Virus record (IMG/VR): IMGVR_UViG_3300010938_000009
Span: 40,284 to 104,283 of that record
DNA length: 64,000 nt
Direction: 5' to 3' (one strand)
From: a virus
Shown here piece by piece: positions 63,191 to 64,000 of the stretch; within the stretch, counting starts at the first letter, position 1; every line of letters starts with the position of its first letter. The notes under the pieces are model-generated. The model saw only the letters and a list, made by a program, of their open reading frames with translations. It was not told the DNA's origin and ran no database searches. Made by a program: the position numbers and the translations under genes.

Positions 63191-63766
63191 ATGGCAAGAA
63201 GTTCAGTTGTAGATCCTTTAGAGAAATTTCGATTCGCAGTATCTTGGACAAGTAACGGAGACTCTGAAAGTACTTCTTTAGTACGTTTAGGTTTCCATGA
63301 TATTCAGATGCCTAAAAGATCAACTACAAAAATCAATTACAGGGAAGGTATCGATCCAGATATTAGTCAATTATCTCCTGGTTTAAGTACTATGGAAGAT
63401 GTTGTAATGAGTCGAGGTCTAATTATAGAAGACGCTAATAATGAATTCTATAAATGGATGAGCGCAGTACACAACCCTACTACAGGGCATATTTCTAGAG
63501 CTGCTTTAAGCGCTAGAAATCCTGACGCTGCTGCTGCAAATTACAGAAAAGATGTAACCATACAAATGTTGGATCGAGAGGGTAATACTGTTCGTCAATG
63601 GACACTTTATCAAGCTTGGCCCATGAATTTTACACCTGGTTCAGATTTGAATGCTGGAGAAGATGGAGAGAAATCTCTTGAACAACTTACTCTAGCTTAC
63701 GAAGATTTTCGAGAAGAGAATCCTAGTTCTAGTCAACCAAAAGATTCTAGTTCATCTTATTTATAA
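63191..63766 (+). CDS. tail tube protein (T4 gp19-like)
   Basis: DPLEKFRF, YREG, PGL, RG, RKDVTI, WTLYQAWP, EQLTLAYE. Confidence 0.9.
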   Translation: MARSSVVDPLEKFRFAVSWTSNGDSESTSLVRLGFHDIQMPKRSTTKINYREGIDPDISQLSPGLSTMEDVVMSRGLIIEDANNEFYKWMSAVHNPTTGHISRAALSARNPDAAAANYRKDVTIQMLDREGNTVRQWTLYQAWPMNFTPGSDLNAGEDGEKSLEQLTLAYEDFREENPSSSQPKDSSSSYL

Positions 63767-63772
63767 TAATTT

Positions 63773-63795
63773 AAGGGGAGCGTAAGCTCCCCTTT
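63773..63795 (+). terminator. intrinsic terminator
   Basis: AAGGGGAGC-GTAA-GCTCCCCTT. Confidence 0.8.
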
Positions 63796-63812
63796 AATAA
63801 GGAAATTAATAA

Positions 63813-64000
63813 ATGTCATCAAGAAGTTCACATAGCGATCCAATAGAAAAATTTAGATTTAGCGTAATTATAGTTACTTTAGATTTAAGTGCTACTGGTG
63901 CATTAGAAACTATTTCTGGATTATCAGGGCAAAATACTTTTGCAAAAAAGAATTTAGCAATAATGTCTAGAGCTGGTTTCAGTGAGGTAGTTTTACCTTC
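63813..64000 (+). CDS. second tail-tube-like protein (partial)
   Basis: MSSRSSHSDPIEKFRF...AGFSEVVLP parallels the tube N-terminus. Confidence 0.7.
   Translation, partial: MSSRSSHSDPIEKFRFSVIIVTLDLSATGALETISGLSGQNTFAKKNLAIMSRAGFSEVVLP

Noticed and set aside
1-64000. Stop-codon reassignment, CRISPR array, tRNA/rRNA genes, reverse transcriptase
   Set aside because: Genes are intact and densely packed under the standard code with all three stops used. I saw no regularly spaced repeats, cloverleafs or RT motifs by eye, though a tRNA scan was not run.

Overview
This window is part of a large, very AT-rich (roughly 27-30% GC by eye) tailed-phage genome with a contractile tail. The left arm (1-~35.3 kb, minus strand) holds the replication, recombination and nucleotide genes: RuvC-like resolvase, dUTPase, RecA-like recombinase, CYTH protein, family A DNA polymerase with an intein, ClpP, two DEDD exonucleases, ATP-dependent ligase, primase-helicase, ERF, a PD-(D/E)XK nuclease, and a MoxR AAA+ / VWA-metallopeptidase pair with an intein, plus many small early ORFs. 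A non-coding strand-switch region (~33.8-36.5 kb) carries sigma70-like promoters and a repeated 17-bp motif. The right arm (plus strand) begins with 15 small ORFs that all end in a shared C-terminal (E/D)-L-x-x-x-L-Y motif. It continues with terminase, portal, scaffold, major capsid, virion accessory genes, an HNH nuclease, tail sheath and tail tube. Main discovery: the portal gene appears to be split into five exons by four intervening sequences (43, 57, 2 and 989 nt), but only one group I ribozyme core is present. The two core-less mini-introns each have their own P1 (U.G), P10, GNRA hairpin and terminal G. The 2-nt insert is bracketed by a downstream guide. Removing all four restores a continuous ~645-aa portal, suggesting one ribozyme performs multiple splicing or editing events. 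Secondary finds are the C-terminal LY tag on about 21 small proteins and a DGR-target-like FGE gene with a frameshift at an A_AAA_AAC site. All calls come from reading the sequence; no searches were run.
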